64,000 bases of DNA from Carcharhinus longimanus (lineage: Eukaryota), in contig JASCQW010000032.1 in the NCBI GenBank assembly GCA_030264375.1, positions 54,898,225-54,962,224 on the forward strand, given 5' to 3'. Shown here piece by piece: positions 1 through 14,011 of this stretch. The number at the start of each line of letters is the position of its first letter. Position 1 is the stretch's first letter. The notes under the pieces were generated by a model. It was not told where the DNA came from and did not search any database. It was given only the letters and a program-made list of their open reading frames with translations. The translations under genes and the position numbers were made by a program.

Positions 1-589
1 CCTCCACAAGGCACAAAGCCAATTAGGTTTGAAGAGTCTTGTTCAAGATAAATTGGAATTTTCCAGTTGGATGCCAGTTTCCCGATATGAAAGGGAACAG
101 ATCAACTGCATTGACTTGAACCCAGCAGCAGGCCAGGAGGCAGCCTTTCCAGGCATGCCTACAGGTTCTCCCTGCCTATCTGGTTGGGGGTTCAGCCAAA
201 GGCTGCCCTGCACCTCTCCTTAACATACAATCAAGCATATTGTATGTTACATTTATCTGCTGGTGCATTTTACACCATCTGTTCTCCATGCTGTTCCATT
301 AGTTAAACCATGCTGTTTACCATTTCCCTGATAAGCAATAACAATTGAAGCAGTTATTTTTTTGTAGTCTGTTTCTCAATTTTCCATTAGCCATGATCCT
401 GAATTCACTCCCGCTGGCTTCTATCGCCATACGTTTCTTTTTTCTCCCTTCCCGTCTTCCAGCTCTATGCTGGTGGTAAATTACTAACTATGGTTTGACT
501 GGCTGGTGGTGACTGTTGTTTGCCGGCTGGTTGGTCTACTGCAGGCTGATGGGTTGGCAGCCCTTCATTTTAACTGCTAATTTTTTCTA

Positions 590-1150
590 ATGATCTTTCT
601 TTATCCTCTTATTCCTTTTTTTGTATCTGCAGTTAACTTTCTATATTCAGCTTGATTCTCTACTGTATTATGAACCTTATAATTAAACCTTATCTCTTTG
701 GGGAACTCTAGGTACCCAAATTAACTCCTCTTGGAAATATGCCCATTGTTTTATTACTGATTTGTCTATTAATTTTTGACTCCAATTTAGATGGGCCTGA
801 TTCCTTTCCAACTCATCGAAGTTAGCCCTCCTCTAGTTAAATATTCCCATGCTAGATTGTTCTTTGTCTTTTGCACAACTATTCTAAACCCTGTGTTACG
901 CTATTATACTGTTCCCAAATGCTAGCCCAGTGAAATATGCTCCACTTACCCACTTCATTTGACAGAATTAGATCCAGCATTGCTGCCTTCCTTATTGGGC
1001 TGGAAACACTGTTTAGAAAGGCTCTCTTGTAGAAACTCTGCTTACCCCGCCCCCTCATACTTTTCTCTTTACACTGTTATTATCGCTGCCCAGATTAGGA
1101 TAATTGAACTCTTCCATTATCAGCAGTTCTTGCATCGTTCTTTAATTGAT
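590..1150 (-). mobile_element. Decayed CR1 LINE ORF2 fragment (endonuclease/linker region)
   Basis: Reverse strand reads CR1-like peptides (RRANFDELE; ENQAEYRK...KKGIRG) broken by stops and frameshifts. Confidence 0.55.
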
Positions 1151-2179
1151 CCTTTTTTTTTCTGAACTGTTCTTTACTCCTGTGCTATTTGCCTCTCACA
1201 GTCCTCTGTGCAGGCCACTTCTCCTCACCAATGTTTCATCCTGTTGTGCATCCCCATACCAAATTAGTCTAAATCCTTCCCCACTGGTTAACCAAGGTAT
1301 TGAAATACCCACAGCGTAGTTAATTAATTAATATTCCATTGGACCATTGATAAATTACACGTTTTAATAGTATTAAAATGAATAACAGTCACCTTATTAA
1401 CTGTTCACTGTATCCTTGGTCCCCGTTTTTTAAATGACACTTCAGTTTATTGTGCATCTCTAAGCAGGAGTAGGAATAGCAGTACAGCATTGATTCATGT
1501 TTCTCTGCGTGCACTGATTAATTACCAGAAGACAACTCTAATTTTTCTATTTAATGTCATTAGTTGCAAAATCCTGACCTTTCCTTTGATGCTAAACAAC
1601 TACACTTATTTAGTTCTCAATTACGACTGTCAACAGGACTAAATAAATTAATTTGGCTCCCAAGCACAGTTTCTCTACACCTTTACAATAATGGATAGTG
1701 AGACCATGTCAATATCATTTATGGAAAGAGGATCCCAGTAACTATAAACAGCAACATTATGATTCTGTGTCACTTGGACCATTTTTCAGACATTAATACA
1801 ACTTTCAGGTTGCTTGAAAGCAACAGGTGATGATAGGGTAAGATAGGTTGCCAAGGAATCTCCCTTAGCAACAGTGCACAGTGGATAATTGGCCAGTTTT
1901 ACAGTGCTCCGAATTGTCCAATCATTGTCGACTTCAGCACCTAATTCTTTGAAGTATAATTTCAATTAGGACAATTCCACAATATATTCATCCACAAGAT
2001 TACAAATCAAACATAACAAAATCTCACGGCACTGGATTCTTTCTTTATATTGCAGTATGTTAGAAAGAAGGTTCACTCACAGAAACCGACCCAGCTTGTG
2101 CCGCTGCACAGTCAACCAGAACATTGATGTTACCTGCGATAGCTTTTTGAGGGAATTAGTAAGGGCAGAATTATATACT

Positions 2180-3001
2180 GGCTGGATTTTGCAGTGCCGC
2201 CATCGTCAATAGACTTTGGAACAGCTTGCTGCATTTTACACTCCCGCCCCTGCTGTGACAAAACATTCTGCCCTACATCTTTCAATTCAAATCCAATTAT
2301 CATTGGGATTTAGTTCATACATAATTAAGGGCCCCATGCACCCCAGATTATTCTTGTCTACATTCTTCCATCAGAAAAAAGGTACAAAATTCAGAGATCA
2401 CGCACCAACTGACTCAAGAACAGCATTTTCCTTGCTACCATTAGACATTTGAATGCACCTACCTTATATTAAGCTGATCTTTCTCTACACCCTAGTTATG
2501 ACTGNNNNNNNNNNNNNNNNNNNNNNNNNNNNNNNNNNNNNNNNNNNNNNNNNNNNNNNNNNNGCTTTGTCTCTATAGTGTGTAGGAAATAATACTTTTC
2601 ACTGTATACTAATACATGAGACAATAATAAATCAAATCAAGTATTTGATTTGAAGCTCCTTAAGAGATATAAGTATTTCTTAGATTTTCTAACTTAGTTG
2701 ACCATCTGAAGCCATCAAAGTGATAGACTGAAATTTTCTGGTCCTTCCCACCAACGGGATTTTCCGGTTCCACCCCTTCATCCACCAACCCTTCCACCTC
2801 CCCCACCCCACTCTGCACCCCCCAATTACCCACTCCCATGATGCTTTCCCTGGCAATGGAGTCTTTGGGCACACAAAACCTTTTTAGACATCAGCAGTAC
2901 TGAAAGATCCCACAGGCAGCCAATAGCATGTTGCCTCCTTGTCTCCACTGTTGGAAAATACATTGCGGGGGGGTGTGAGGTGGCAGCAGGAAATTCCACC
3001 C
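2180..3001. mobile_element. Non-autonomous Harbinger-like MITE interrupted by a Rex1 3' end
   Basis: Starts ggctggatttt and ends aaattccaccc, the imperfect TIR type shared by many elements in this window. Confidence 0.4.
2360..2640 (+). mobile_element. Rex1/Babar-type LINE 3' end
   Basis: Translates LPSEKRYKIQRSRTN*LKNS, resembling the Rex1 C-terminal LPSGRRY..RTxRLKNSF motif. 3' UTR ends gacaataataaatcaaatcaa; second copy at 56125-56281. Confidence 0.75.
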
Positions 3002-4159
3002 ATAGATAGCAGAATGCAAACCAAAAGGTAAAGAATTAACATTCAGGGACTTTGTCCACAAATTCCTGTGTGTTTTTGAGCTTATTGGCAGGGCACTTAT
3101 CTTGCATTGTGCTGATAGTGAGGTGTTGAGATGGTGCTGGGGTGGAGGTTGCCTTTTTCACTATGTTCCTGAGGTGCAGTAATTTTTGTTAATGAAGTAT
3201 TAACAGTCAACTCTTCAGAGCCTTGAAGAACAGTTATGGATAATTGTTTTCCTAACACTGAAAAACAACCCTACTTTCAAAAGTTGCCAATAATTTCCCC
3301 GTAAACATTAAGGCAAACATACTGCACATATTACTAAAAACACACTGAAAGAATTGCAACCATGAAAACATTCACCGCCAACACCCCTTTAAGTTACAAA
3401 ACCAGCTTTTCCTTTGTCCATGGAAAATGGGCTTTGCAAGCAAAATGTGCAATTTCAGCACAAAGGGTGAGAATTTGCACTAAGGATTCATTTAAATATT
3501 TTTGCATTCATTCAGAGCTTAATGAGACAATGCCATGAATTGTGCACAAGTCCTCAAGCAGCTAGATAGAAAATTGAGCGCAGAAAGAATTGGGTACAAA
3601 ACATGCCGAAGGCTCGCTTGGACAATTTTCTGATCAATTGCACCCCTTCTGTTCCTGCTGAACACAGAACAAGCTACAAATGAATTTAATGTCCTATTTC
3701 TATCTTCCCAACAAGTATCCTACATCTCTATAAAATCCATGCATGAAAACAACTTAATCATTTGTAAAATAGATTCTAAATTACTGGTGGAATCACTCCC
3801 GTATGCCGTGGAAGAACTTATCATAGAGTGCTATTTGTTTCTTTAATGGTCCTGTCCATTAATAATTTAAACTTCAAAATTACTGTTGGGGTATTAGAAA
3901 TCAGTTTAATATGTTTGAATAATATTACTTTGTTCACTATTTCAGTAGAGCAGTGGGTTAATACTTCTGTTAAAAGAACAGGCAGAGAAATGTTATGGAA
4001 ACACATTCACTTAATATTGTCAGGAGTATTTCCAGGTTTACGCTCATTAATTTACACATTCAAATAAAAAATCAACACTGAAGAAAGCCACATTTAGCAG
4101 TACGAGGAACAAAAATTAAGAGGAAACAGATATATTCCTGCATTATACTAAAAGGTTTA

Positions 4160-4419
4160 CTTATTTACTAGTCATAAGTAAGGCTTACATTTAAACTGCG
4201 ATGAAGTTACTGTGAAATTCCCCTAGTTGCTGCAATCTGGCACCTGCTCAGGTCAATGCACTTAATCAGCACATCTTTTAGAATGTGGGAGGAAACCAGA
4301 GGAAACCCACACAGACACAGGGAGAACATGCAAACTCCACATGACAGTGACCCAAGCTGGGAATTGAACCCAGGTTCCTGGTGCTGTGAAGTAGTCGTGT
4401 TAACCACTGTACTACCATG
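4160..4419 (-). mobile_element. tRNA-derived V-SINE, tail type B (Rex1-like tail)
   Basis: Reverse strand has a tRNA head (cagtggttaac... ggttcaattcc), core gagtttgcatgttctccctgtgtctgtgtgggtttcc and tail gtaacttca...gtaagcc. Confidence 0.9.
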
Positions 4420-5081
4420 TACATTTCTATAAAATTGCTAAAAGTCAGGGCTTTGGAGTATTTTCCTTCATTGCTATTCGTGATGGAATTTGCAGATGCA
4501 AAATCTTTATGTTTTCGATCACAGCTTAAAAACCTCATATTTTAAAGGAACAAATTCTCACATGTAAAGTATAATCAAATACATTTCGTTCATTTAGTTT
4601 CCTATTCACCCATTTGTATTGTGACTATCACCTGGCCAACATCCTGGCAGAGGCATATGGGTTTCTTCCACTTGGATTTGTGCCTTAAAAATTCAATAAT
4701 TTCCCCCAGCTATCAGCACCTGCTTGCATTGCTGGTCACTTTCATACTTCACATGCGGTTAGATCATCACTGCTGCAGAGCACATTTTTAAAATACAGCT
4801 AATCAGTGAGAAAGTCAGAAAGAACAAGCAACAGCATCTTAAGCTAATGAACAGAATCTTGCATGATTAAAAAGGATGATCACTTGCCAGCAAAGTTTGT
4901 GTCTAGGCTGCCTGGATTTAGATTACTGAACATATCATACCGAGCTCAAATTATAAAACCATGAAGTGTTGAGGAAAAAGTACCAAGACCTGAAGATGGT
5001 CATCAGTATCAAATGCAAAAGGAGTTGCAAATGTTGCAAAATTTACCACTCACTGTAAGTAATTTTTGATTCTGCAATCAT

Positions 5082-5222
5082 GGCTCATAAATCTACACTT
5101 CATGTTGTACTCCCCACCACTGCTGCCAGCGAGAATGGAGAATTTGGCACACAACCAAATCTCCATTCATAGTAATGGAACTAAAGAATCTCAGTCATGG
5201 ACAAGGGCAGAGAATCCCAGCC
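5082..5222. mobile_element. Short MITE, ~140-200 bp family
   Basis: Central hairpin ggagaatttgg..ccaaatctcc and end agaatcccagcc. Related copies at 18624, 22607 and 37266. Confidence 0.55.
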
Positions 5223-5329
5223 ATAGACTGGTTAATCTATTTCAAACAGCTTTGCTGCTTTACTTATATCATGGTCCTTCCTTTGACTGCATTAACTAAC
5301 CTCTACTTTCCCTGACAAATTCGGAAATA

Positions 5330-7638
5330 TCCTCAGACACAGTGTCCTTCGACACTGACCCATCAATAATTCTCCTGGTGGCACTTCTGTCATCGAATGC
5401 AGGGTGGTCCTGTATCCCAGCAGAAATGGAGGCATTTTGGTTTCCAGAGTCGCGCTTTTAAGACCAGCCTTGAAGATCAGGAATACTCACCCAGAGGGTC
5501 CATTGATAAAGGCTGGTACAGTGATGCTCTGATGCGTTTTCTTCCATTCAGAGAAGAAAAACTTTGAAACGCGGCACTTGTAAAAGTCATTCCAATATCT
5601 GATATGATTACTTTGGGTATCCCATATGATGCAAAATGCTGATGCAGTTTCTTCATTGTAGCATGTGCCATTCATTTCAAATACCTCCATCTAATTCAAT
5701 TGGGCATCTATCAGGCTTGGAAACATTGTGTCCAAAAATGGTCCTAATAATCTATGTGGATTTGTACCCATGGCCAATGGGCTACTCCCATGAGTGCAAA
5801 GGTGCTGTATGGATAGCTTCTGCTTTAATTGGCAATGGCAATGGCAATGCATTGGCATTGGCAATGCTTCACCAATCTCTCAATGTTGGCATCAATGCCA
5901 GGCTGCCAATCATAACTCATGATCAGCATATTCAATTTTGATATACCCAGGTAGGCACTATGTAATTCTGCAAGGAACAACTCCTTTCCTGGTACAGAAA
6001 TGACTACTGTAGCTTTGCAGTCTGGTTCACTGTAGTTTATAGTCCACCTCAGATGCGAACAGTCTTATCTGGCTTTAATCACAGGTACCATGGGTGCTGC
6101 TCATTCTGTAAATTGGATTGGTTGCATGATATCCAGTTCTTCTAGTTTTCTCAACCATGTCTCTACTTTATCTAACAAGGCATAGGGCACAGGCTTATCC
6201 CTGAAAAACCATTGCGTGGCTGCTGGGTCTAATGAATATTTCCTTTCAATCCCTTAACTTTTCCTAGTTTGTCATGGAAGAATCCTGGTACTACTTAATT
6301 ACTTCCAGCAAACAGTCTTCTTTAATTTGGAAAATCTCCATTCAAATTAGTTTTATTTCTTGAAGCTAGTCATGGCCAATTAGACTTGTCCTTGGCCAGA
6401 TATAACTATTAGTGGGAATTGGGTAGGTTGCTGCCAGTAGTTCATGAGTGCTACAGTAGTACCCACTCTCTTAATGGCCTCCTCGTATATGTTACCACTT
6501 TTGCAGATGTGTTCTTTAAAGTCAAAGGCTGAGTGTCTTCTTGCAGGTATCTGTATGTATGTTCTCCTATTATGAGACCCGTAGGGCCCATGTCTACTTC
6601 CATTTTTGATGGTCTGCTGTTAACCAAAAGCACTGCTGTGATGGGACTACCTTGCCTGCTTTTACGTTGTTTAGTTATAGAATCCCTTGGATCCCTTGCC
6701 AGGAAATCTCCCACATTATGCACTGGTACTTAGCTACTCACTCTATCACTGGGTAGGTGCTGCTTATGCTTGCAACTGTGTCTCAAATGTTCTTTCACGT
6801 GGCACTCTGCTTCTTTGAATCGGCAGACTTTAGGGGAGTGATTAAACCCACATCGATGACACTTTGCTTTGATCCTAGGCTTTTCTTGACACTTTTCTAA
6901 AAATTCTGACTTTACCAACTGCTATAATTGCTTTCTATGTTAAAATGGTGTCTTCAATTTCAGCACCATTGCAGTTTCCTGCCCTGACTGTTGGACTGCA
7001 CCATTTTGCACTCTCTGAAGTTCCTGGGTGCTTTTTGTAGTGCTCCTCATCACTAGTGCTATCTCCAATACCTTTTAAAGATCTATTTCGGCCTTTGCCA
7101 GCAGTTTTCTCTACATGGCCTCATGATCAACTCTACAAACTAAGTGATCCCTCAGCGTATTGTTCAGTGTGGCCCTGAAATCACAGTGCTCTGCAATTTG
7201 TCTAAGCTTAGTAATATATGTTCCAATGGTCTCCCCTGGGGCTTTCCCCATGGAATTGAATTTAAAATGCTGCAGAGTCACTGAGGATTTTGGCTGATGC
7301 TGACTTTTTACCAAATTCAGTATTTCTGCAAATGATTTTAAATTGGGCGCATTCAGAGATGTGATGCTGTGGATTAGATAATATGCCTGGGTCCCACACA
7401 TGCTTTATAAGATTAACTTCTTCTTCCTCTCCTCCTCCATTCCATTTGCATTGAAATAATATCCTAACTGCTGAATATATTGTACCTAGTCTTCAATGGA
7501 GGCATCAATGGGATCCAGTCAACTGAATAAAGGCATCACTGCAGCTCACTTCTACTTCATAAACTGGTCTTGAACTCAACAGGATTCTGCACTCACAATC
7601 TTAGGATCACACTTGCGGCTTTTTTTCCTCGTCACCAG
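5330..7638 (-). mobile_element. Decayed Gypsy (Ty3) LTR retrotransposon internal region, gag-pol pseudogene
   Basis: In order on the - strand: gag (ORF 7111-7401, LRQIAEHCDF..LRDHLV), Zn knuckle CHRCGFNHSPKVC, protease MEVDMG (from DTG), RT N-terminus (EWAAP-like..VRI..DYK), integrase (FASYGIPKVIISDIG..FTS). Many stops; RT core and RNase H are absent. Confidence 0.9.
7626..7637 (-). other. Primer-binding site of the Gypsy element (tRNA-Ser type)
   Basis: - strand TGGTGACGAGGA lies 1 nt after the LTR terminal CA, one mismatch from the TGGCGACGAGGA complement of a tRNA-Ser 3' end. Confidence 0.75.
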
Positions 7639-7865
7639 TGTAACTTGGCTCCACTAGTTGGGTACAAACAATGAACATTTATTAACACAATACGTCAGAG
7701 ATGTATGGCTTTGATGCTGGCAGTCTGTCTCATCGATCGAACTGAGGCAAAAGTCCATGCTCTAATCGATTGATTTCCCCACCCCGGTACCTGATTGGAC
7801 TCCCGGATCATGTGACCCTATTAGACAATTGCCCCAGAAGCGGCCAGGCACCATATTGTACTACT
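7639..7865 (-). repeat. 5' LTR of the Gypsy element
   Basis: Ends ...ttaCA next to the PBS. AATAAA at 7678-7683 and a CCAAT box on the - strand. Distal boundary approximate; no 3' LTR seen. Confidence 0.6.
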
Positions 7866-9714
7866 TGGGGTTCTGCAGCTAGCAACCCACCAGACTGATA
7901 TGAATAAGGCCCAAAGCCAAATAAAAAGTGTGTCTAAACCTATCTGTTCCAAAATAGGAATTATTCCTCAAACCTGTTTTATGTCAGCAGTATAGTACCA
8001 TCCAAATTTAACTCCCAATGTTCTTTCTCCTTCAGAACCACTTGACCCCTTATCACAAAATGTATCAATTGTTCTATGCCCAGCTATTTTTCAAGACATC
8101 ATTAGATTAACTTAATTCATGTGCAATATGTTATTTTATGTGTACATTGCCTTAATTGTAATGCTAATCTGGAAAAATCATGAATTAATGTTTAAAACAT
8201 GTTGCATACTATTAGAATATGTGACAATTTGAATTTGTATTTTAATCTCAGAGGAAATGTATTCTAAGGTCTGATTTTTATATCACTAACTGGTTACCTA
8301 TAAATTTATTTCACAGTTTAAATAATTCCCATTAATGATTCAATTGCCTGAGGATTTAAGTAGTTAAGTGCTTAATGGTTTTTTGTTGTTGTTCTTCCAA
8401 TTAATGGACTATCTACACTTCTTTACGATTGCTTCAGGAGAAATCAAAAGAGTTAATGTGTTTAGGAACAGATATCCAAGGCAACCCATTGCTGGAAACA
8501 AGCAGTCATTTTGAGTTAGAAGCAGGAACTCATAATAAGATTTGTTTTACAATTGATGATTTACATTAATGCTTTTAAACTTCCAAAGTTATAGAGAACT
8601 CTGGATGAATAATTCCTGATTTTCTGGTGCTACGTGCAACAGTAACCTTATCCTCTGAAAAAATATGGTGATAGGGTTGAAAATCTATAAATAAAACTTG
8701 AGAGGATAAGTAAAAAAAAAATGCTGCAACACGCTCGGCTCTGCTAGTCATGTGATGGAGTATTGTTTTTGCACTATTGTGTCTTGCATTTAAGGTTAAC
8801 AATAACAGTGATTAATTGTGCATATTAATGATACAAATTTGACTTTTTCCATGCAACCATTGCCAAATCAGTCTATTGCATTTACCAAAGCGCAGTTCCA
8901 AATTAATTCTGGATTGTCCTGATAAAAAAATAAACAATTTACTAAGAGAGTGCAGCATGGCCACAAGCATGATAAATTCTTTAATGATAAAGGAATATAG
9001 AAAGATAATACTTGGTACTCCGGAATCGCATTTAACCTAATGCAATTCAGAATGACAAAAATGTAGGTATTAATACATAAATAATGTGCACAGTCTGTTT
9101 TTATTTTATGCTTGGCAGATCTCCAGGAGCTATATATAGTTTTGTCATGGCAACGTATGACACAGTTTGTGCGGAGACATTGCAAAGCTCAGCAAATTTA
9201 TAAAATTACTTTCAGACACCACACTTTCAGTTTTTGTGCCAGTATTCCAATATTTCATTTCCTACAGGGAATGATGTTTATAAATGAATCTTCCCTGTGC
9301 TCTATTTCCATTGTGCTCCCTTCTGTTCTACAATTCAATGTAGAGAGAGCTACACTTGGTAATATTGCCACTGCATAAAATGATTATTTTTGTACAATTT
9401 GCAGGGTTAAGTCTCTATTCTGGGAATCGCAGTAACAAACCAGATTATGTTACAGAATCAATGATCAATCTGAAAAAAATGCAAATTGTTACTAATATCA
9501 CTTACAAAGAGGAACTTCAGTAATAAATCACCAGGCATCGTTCTTAACTCAATGTCTATATAATTAAATGAGATGACTCATTTTGCCTTCAACTAGCCAA
9601 TTACTTGTATTATGATTAAAAATGGTGAGATGTAAAGCAATCTGTAACATAAATATCACTCAAAGCGGCTTATCAAGCAGCAGCACAGTGGCACACAAGG
9701 GCAACAGCAAAAAT

Positions 9715-10440
9715 CATCCAGCATTTATCTATCATCTTAATGCAGAAAGAACACTGTAGGATGCTTAAAAAGGGGCACCATACTGCAGAAAAAAGACCTA
9801 AGGAGTGATGATGAATTCCCTGGTGAAAGTAAGGAGGATCTTAAAGGAATACTGAGTGATGGAGAGCATTGAGAGAGGACCTTCCATGACAATGAGCCTG
9901 GGTAACTGAACGTCAGTGGTGGGATTAGAGGAGTGGGAAACAGAAATAGTGCCAGCAGAGTAGAGGGTTTGGGGTCCCAGTTTTAGGAGGATGGTGCAAA
10001 CAAGGGAGAAACAAGGCTATGGAGAGATTTAAAGATCGGGAGATGAATGATAAATTTAAAGTGTTATTATAGGTCACAGAGGACAAGGGTAATGGGAGAG
10101 CATGATTTCTAGGGAGATAGGATATAAGGAGTGGAATTTTGGATAAACTGATGTTTAGAGAGGGAAGCATGCCAGTCAGGAATACAATTAAGTGATCAAG
10201 TCTGGAGATGACAAAAGCAATGCATGACAATTCGAACAGCAGATGGATTGAGGTAGGGGAGATGGCAGGCAATGTAAGCAAGGTGGAGAATGGGAACTAG
10301 CCAGGAAAAAGATTGGAATAATCAAGTCTGCAGGTGATAAATGTCTGAATTTGTGCTTCAGTAGAAGATATGCTGAAAGTGGGCTAACAATAGGCATTGA
10401 AAATTGAAGAAGGTGATCAATGTGATTGAGAGCTCATAAT
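9715..10440 (-). mobile_element. Old L2 LINE 3' fragment
   Basis: ORF 9925-10281 contains AFVISRLDHLIVFLTGM, resembling the L2 AFVTSRLDYxNxLLxGL motif. Confidence 0.7.
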
Positions 10441-10884
10441 CAATTAGGACTGCAAGGGTTACTATTTAGTGGTCTCATCCCTCCATTTTACAAAATGTCC
10501 CAAATTCAACCTTTCAGTCACATTTGTCCCCACTGCTCCACTAGCATCCATTCCTTATTTCTCCCATCTGTAGAGCAGGTTAGAATTTCCTTTGCATTAA
10601 AGATGTGAAAGAAATGCAAATTGTTTATGTTGTTGTTGAATAGCATGATGAGAAATTGCAACCTTATGGGAAGCTATGAGTTGCCGAAAGAATCTTAAAG
10701 ACCTCAGAAAATCTTGGTAAGTGCCTTCAGAAAATAAAAGGTCAGTATTGTGTTAGCAATGCTGGTGGTGAGGCGCACCCAAACTTGTTGCATTGCTGTG
10801 TTAATAATTATCTTTCAACTTTCATATTGAAGAAGAATTAAACTGCACTGACACCATGGGCAGATTTTACAAGATTGATCCTAA

Positions 10885-10986
10885 GGCAGGAATTTTACCA
10901 CCTATACCACCGCAATTCTGGCATTCTCTGATAGCCTCATGAGGGATCTTATGAGCCTCAGGTGGGCGAAGTGGTAAAATTCTGAC
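10885..10986. mobile_element. Tiny MITE
   Basis: Inverted ends gaattttaccac / gtggtaaaattc. Confidence 0.5.
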
Positions 10987-11035
10987 ATAAATGTCCACCC
11001 AGCATGAAAATAGGAGAGTTCCTGATCCATTTTTT

Positions 11036-12010
11036 GGGGGGGCACGTTTTTACACCCAATTTTATGCATTTTGTCACTGAAAAAATGGTGCAGACTGTTT
11101 CTAGCTGCTGCAGGCTGTGGGCTGGGCTTAATTCACCAGCCAGACTGTAGAGGGAGATACTGTGCATGTATAGATCTCTGATTCTGCACATGCTCAATAG
11201 CTACTGCAGGGGTCTGACAGACAGAGAGCTGTCAGGCCCCTGCTATTGCAGGCAGCCTCAAACAGCTCCCCCCCGCCCCCACCACCACAATCGCAGGGGC
11301 CTGCAGCTGATTGCAAGACCCCCGATGCATGGGTGCCCAGCCTCTGCCACCCACGCTGCCCCTCTGCCGCCTAGATCAATTGCCCCCCCTCCCCCGAACC
11401 GATCCCATTGCATACTGAGTAATGGGTCCCCCCTGTCCAATTGGGCTGCCCCTTCATGCCCCGCCCCCATAGGTCTCGTCTCATATAGGCCCCACAGACC
11501 CTGCTGCCATGTGCCCTACCCTCGTATGCCCCACTCCTATAAGCCCTGCCCCCATAGGCCCTAACCCCTGACACTGCCCAGTTGCCTGCTGAGTATTTCC
11601 CAGGTTCCAAGCTGGCACTGCCAGGCTGGCAGTAGCCAAGGAATACTCGTCTTGCCCTCAGTCTCCCCACGGAGCCTCAATGGCCTCCAGCTCCACAGTG
11701 AGGCTGACACCATTTTTCCCTGTTTGTCGAGAGCAGGTATTTTTCTCGCCTGACAGAACCCCTCATGATGAGGCCATAAAGGCAAGTGAATGTGGACGAT
11801 TGAGCACCGGGCTTGCTAAACAGGTGTAAATTGTAATTAAAATGTATTTAAATAAGTTAATGCAGGTTGGCTGACTGCACCGGAAATCCAGCTCTCCTAA
11901 AATCGCAAGAGCAGAGAAATTGGGTGCAAACCTGATTTCCTGGCTCTTGCGCGCTTTTACCGCTTGCTCCATTCATCGATGGGCTAGATGAGCCAATAAA
12001 ATTCCACCCC
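11036..12010. mobile_element. Non-autonomous Harbinger-like element with GC-rich interior
   Basis: ggggcacgtttt..aaaattccacccc ends. Interior motifs (ggcactgccag, aaaatgtatttaaataag) recur in the elements at 20.6, 21.9 and 61.7 kb. Confidence 0.5.
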
Positions 12011-12660
12011 ATGACTGAAATTGGGTTCAGTAGTGAAGGTGGGATTGGCAGAAAGCCTCAAAAGCCTAAATGGGGCATGCTTATTGCCAGCCACCTCAGA
12101 TGCAATCTGTATGGGATCCTAGGCTTGCCAGGGTGCTAGCCTGGGCATGCATTTGCTCATAGTGAGAGGAGAGGTCTGATATTGATATCATTCAGATATT
12201 CAACCTGATTTCATGCATTTGGTCTGCACAGGTCTAACATGCTTCTCTACCGATCATGTACTCACCTACCTGGGAAACCCCTCACTAGGACCAGTTAAAG
12301 GGACAGGCAAGAAACTTGCAGGTTAGATTCTTTTAACTTACACCTGCTGGGCAGAAGTGTGTGGATGTACTACACTTTTTATTTGGATGTCTAATAGTGA
12401 GAGGTTGCATCCACCTGACAGCACAGAGAATTTGGTGACTGAAGCCTACACGTGATATGGTGGGATGTAGTTGCAGTGAGTCTAGATTTGTAACTCAAAC
12501 CGAAAAATGGAATAGAGGCTGCAGACAGTGTAAGCTCAATGGAGAATGAGGAGAAAGAGTTAGGTTCCCCCGAGAAGGTTCTGTCCAGCACAGATCTGCA
12601 AAGCACATTTCTCTTACCTCTACATCTCTCAAAGAAATGCTTGAAGTGACCTAAATCTAC

Positions 12661-13847
12661 AAAAGGGAAATCATGCTTGACAAATATACTGGAATTCCTC
12701 AAGGTTGTAACTAGTAGAGCTGATGAGGGAGAGCCAGCGGATGTTGTTTATAAGGACTTTCAAAAAGCTTTCAACAAGATTCCACACAAGAGNNNNNNNN
12801 NNNNNNTGAAAGAACGTGGGATTGGGGTAGTGTATTGAGATGGATAGAACACTGGTTGGCAGACAGGAAGCAAAGGGTAGGAATAAATAGTTGTTTTTCC
12901 AAATGGCAGGCAGTGACTGGAAGGGTACCACAGGGATCAGTGCTAAGACCCCAGCTATCCACAATGTATATTAATGAGTTAGATGAGGAAGTAAACATAG
13001 TATCTCCAAAGTTGCAGATGACACAACACTGGAGGGCGTGTGATCTGTGAGGAGGATGCAGAGATGTTTCAGTGTGATTTGCACGAGTTGAGTGACTGGG
13101 CAAATGCATGGCAGCTGCAGTCTAATGTGGATAAGTGTGAGGTTATCCACTTTGGTGGCAAAGACAGGAAGGCAGATTATTATTTGAATGATTATAGATT
13201 GAGAGAGGGGAATGTGTAGCAGGACCTCAGTGTCATTGTGCATCAGTCACTGAAAATCAGCATGCAGGTGCAGTAGGCAGTGGACAAAGCCCGTTGGTCT
13301 TCACTGAGAGGGGATTCAAGTCCAGGATCAGGAACTTGCTGCAGTTTTACAGGGCCTTGTTGAGGCAAAACCTGGAATATTATATGCAGTTTTGGTCACC
13401 TCATCTGAGGAATAATGCTGTGCTATGGAGGATGTGCAGCAAAGGTTTATCAGGCTGATTCCTGAGATGGCTGGGTGAAAATATGAGGAGAGATTGAGGC
13501 AGTTAGGATTACATTTGCTGATGTTTAGAAGAGTGAGGGGTGATCTCATAGAAGCTTATAAAATTCTGACAGGACAAGTCAAATACGGGGTGGACCAATT
13601 AAGTTTGAAATGTGGAGAAATTTCTTCACCCTGAGAGTAGAGTGCCGGAGGAATTCTGTACCAAAGAAAGCAGTTGAGGCCAAACCAGTATGTTTTCAAG
13701 AAGAAGTAAGATATAGCTGTTGGGGCTAAAGGGATCAAGGGAAATGAGGGGAAAGAAGGAACAGATTACTGAGTTGGATGATCAACATGATCATAATCAG
13801 AGCAGGCCCAAAGGCCTACTCCTGCTCCTATTTTCCATATTTCTATG
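12661..13847 (+). mobile_element. CR1 (HER1-like) LINE, 5'-truncated, RT to 3' tail
   Basis: GKSCLTN, DFQKAF.K, WLADRKQRVGIN, GVPQGSVL-like and KxADDT motifs; tail ggcctactcctgctcct..ttctatg. Confidence 0.92.
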
Positions 13848-14011
13848 TACCTTCACTAATGAGGTTATCACTGAACTATGTCATCTCTTTCAACATGATC
13901 TAGAGCCTATACCAGGATGCAGACAGCACTGTCAATGGCCATAATGGTCACCAATGCTTTAAATTTCCAACTGGATCATTCTAGATGAAGATAGGTGATA
14001 TAGCCCACATT

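Noticed and set aside
2632-2653. 9-bp hairpin tcaaatcaa/ttgatttga at the Rex1 tail
   Set aside because: Too short and low in complexity to distinguish fold-back from chance.
5829-5867. (ggcaat)n / ggcatt hexamer repeats
   Set aside because: Slippage within the dead integrase CxxC region.
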